Source: an uncultured Planctomycetota bacterium
Lineage (GTDB): Bacteria > Planctomycetota > Phycisphaerae > Tepidisphaerales > Tepidisphaeraceae
Assembly: GCA_963841915.1 (NCBI GenBank)
Contig: CAWJEN010000006.1
Coordinates: 928,001-992,000 of the forward strand
Length of the DNA stretch: 64,000 nt
Direction of reading: 5' to 3'
Numbering within the stretch: position 1 is the stretch's first letter; each line of letters opens with the position of its first letter. Position numbers and translations under genes: made by a program. The notes beneath the pieces are model-generated. The model had not been told where the DNA came from, did no database searches, and worked only from the letters and a program-made list of their open reading frames with translations. Shown here piece by piece: positions 63,125-64,000 of this stretch.

Positions 63125-64000
63125 CTAGCGAACGGCTCCGAAGTTGCCACGCAGGATGGCGAAATCGAGCAGGTTGACGACGTCGTCATCGTTGAAATCG
63201 CCGAGGGCAAAGCCATCTGTGACCGTCCTGCCGAAGTTGGCGCGGAGCAAGGCGAAGTCGAGCAGGTCGACGCGGCCGTCGCCGTTGGCGTCGCCGGGCA
63301 GAACCGCCAGGTCGCCTGGCAAGAGAAGTTTTAAGGCATCGAGCTGAGTCGGGGCTTCTCGCACCTTGACTTCAACAACGTGCCGCCCCGCCGAAAGATC
63401 GACGACGTAGTCGCTCGTCGCATTTCGATCGCGAACGACGCCCCATGACCATGAGGCCGCCGACTCCGGCACGTCCCAAAGCTGCCATGGGCCTCGGTTG
63501 ATCCGCACGTAAAAGCTGTCGCCGAGTTCGCCCTCGGGCGTGCGGACGCGGCCGCTTAGCCTGACATCGTTCGCCGGCTCGTCGAGCGTGAACGTAAACG
63601 ACAGCGTCGCCGCATCTGCGTTGCCATAGTTGTTGCCGGCCGTCGCGACGACATAGCGACCGCCTTCGGCTGTCGCGTCATCGACTGCCGCGAATCCGTC
63701 GTCGCCGAGCCCGCCGAGCGTCATGTGCTCGGCTTGAATGTCGAATGAGTCGAGGCCAATCTCGGCCGCGAAGAAGCCACGTCCGCCGGTGCCGGCGATG
63801 AGTCGCGAGCCGTCCGGCGAAAATGTCAGACTGTTGATCCGCAGCATCGGCAGGTTGTCAATCTGCTGCGACCAAGTCGCCCCACCATCCTCGCTCAGCC
63901 AGACGCCGTTGGCACCGCTGACGTCAAGATACGAGTCTTGATTCGTGCCGACGGCAAGCCGCTGCGGGTTCGTCGGATCAACGGCCACCATTGCCGCGTA
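63125..64000 (-). CDS. BNR-repeat protein with CBM-like module and C-terminal dockerin-like repeat (5' end beyond the window)
   Basis: SEDGGATW, GTGGRG, DSFYVRIN, GDANGDGRVDLLDF / GDFNDDDVVNLLDF. Confidence 0.85.
   Translation of the reverse strand, partial: YAAMVAVDPTNPQRLAVGTNQDSYLDVSGANGVWLSEDGGATWSQQIDNLPMLRINSLTFSPDGSRLIAGTGGRGFFAAEIGLDSFDIQAEHMTLGGLGDDGFAAVDDATAEGGRYVVATAGNNYGNADAATLSFTFTLDEPANDVRLSGRVRTPEGELGDSFYVRINRGPWQLWDVPESAASWSWGVVRDRNATSDYVVDLSAGRHVVEVKVREAPTQLDALKLLLPGDLAVLPGDANGDGRVDLLDFALLRANFGRTVTDGFALGDFNDDDVVNLLDFAILRGNFGAVR

Overview
High-GC bacterial chromosomal window. The marker set (PEP-CTERM proteins, a DUF1559/H-X9-DG prepilin-like protein, an LE-x-RRL leader motif, planctomycete-type dockerin-like repeats, PilM-N fusion cluster) points to Planctomycetota, probably Phycisphaerae (inference). 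Most of it is housekeeping: lpdA, ispF, HU, kbl, truB, transaldolase, tRNA-Tyr, cmk, DEAD-box helicase, AlaC-like aminotransferase, two PPIases, priA, smpB, sdhB, sdhC, flgM, queD, truD, ilvC. It also holds secreted/surface proteins, a pilM cluster, and a carbohydrate-utilisation-like locus at the right end. Four perfect parS-type palindromes (TGTTCCACGTGGAACA) occur as two pairs, which suggests an origin-proximal region. The main unexplained structure: each parS pair lies inside a ~270-280 bp non-coding element with several co-linear conserved blocks and near-identical direct repeats at its ends, present twice in inverted orientation (3992-4261 and 24900-25180). Other points: an in-frame palindromic insertion and a lost Zn site in priA, shared Gly/aromatic low-complexity motifs in three consecutive pil-cluster proteins, a split sdh operon, and five net +1 frameshifts confined to 16-25.4 kb (probably sequencing errors). 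No integrase, transposase, CRISPR array or rRNA was seen. All calls come from motif recognition by eye; no searches were run.
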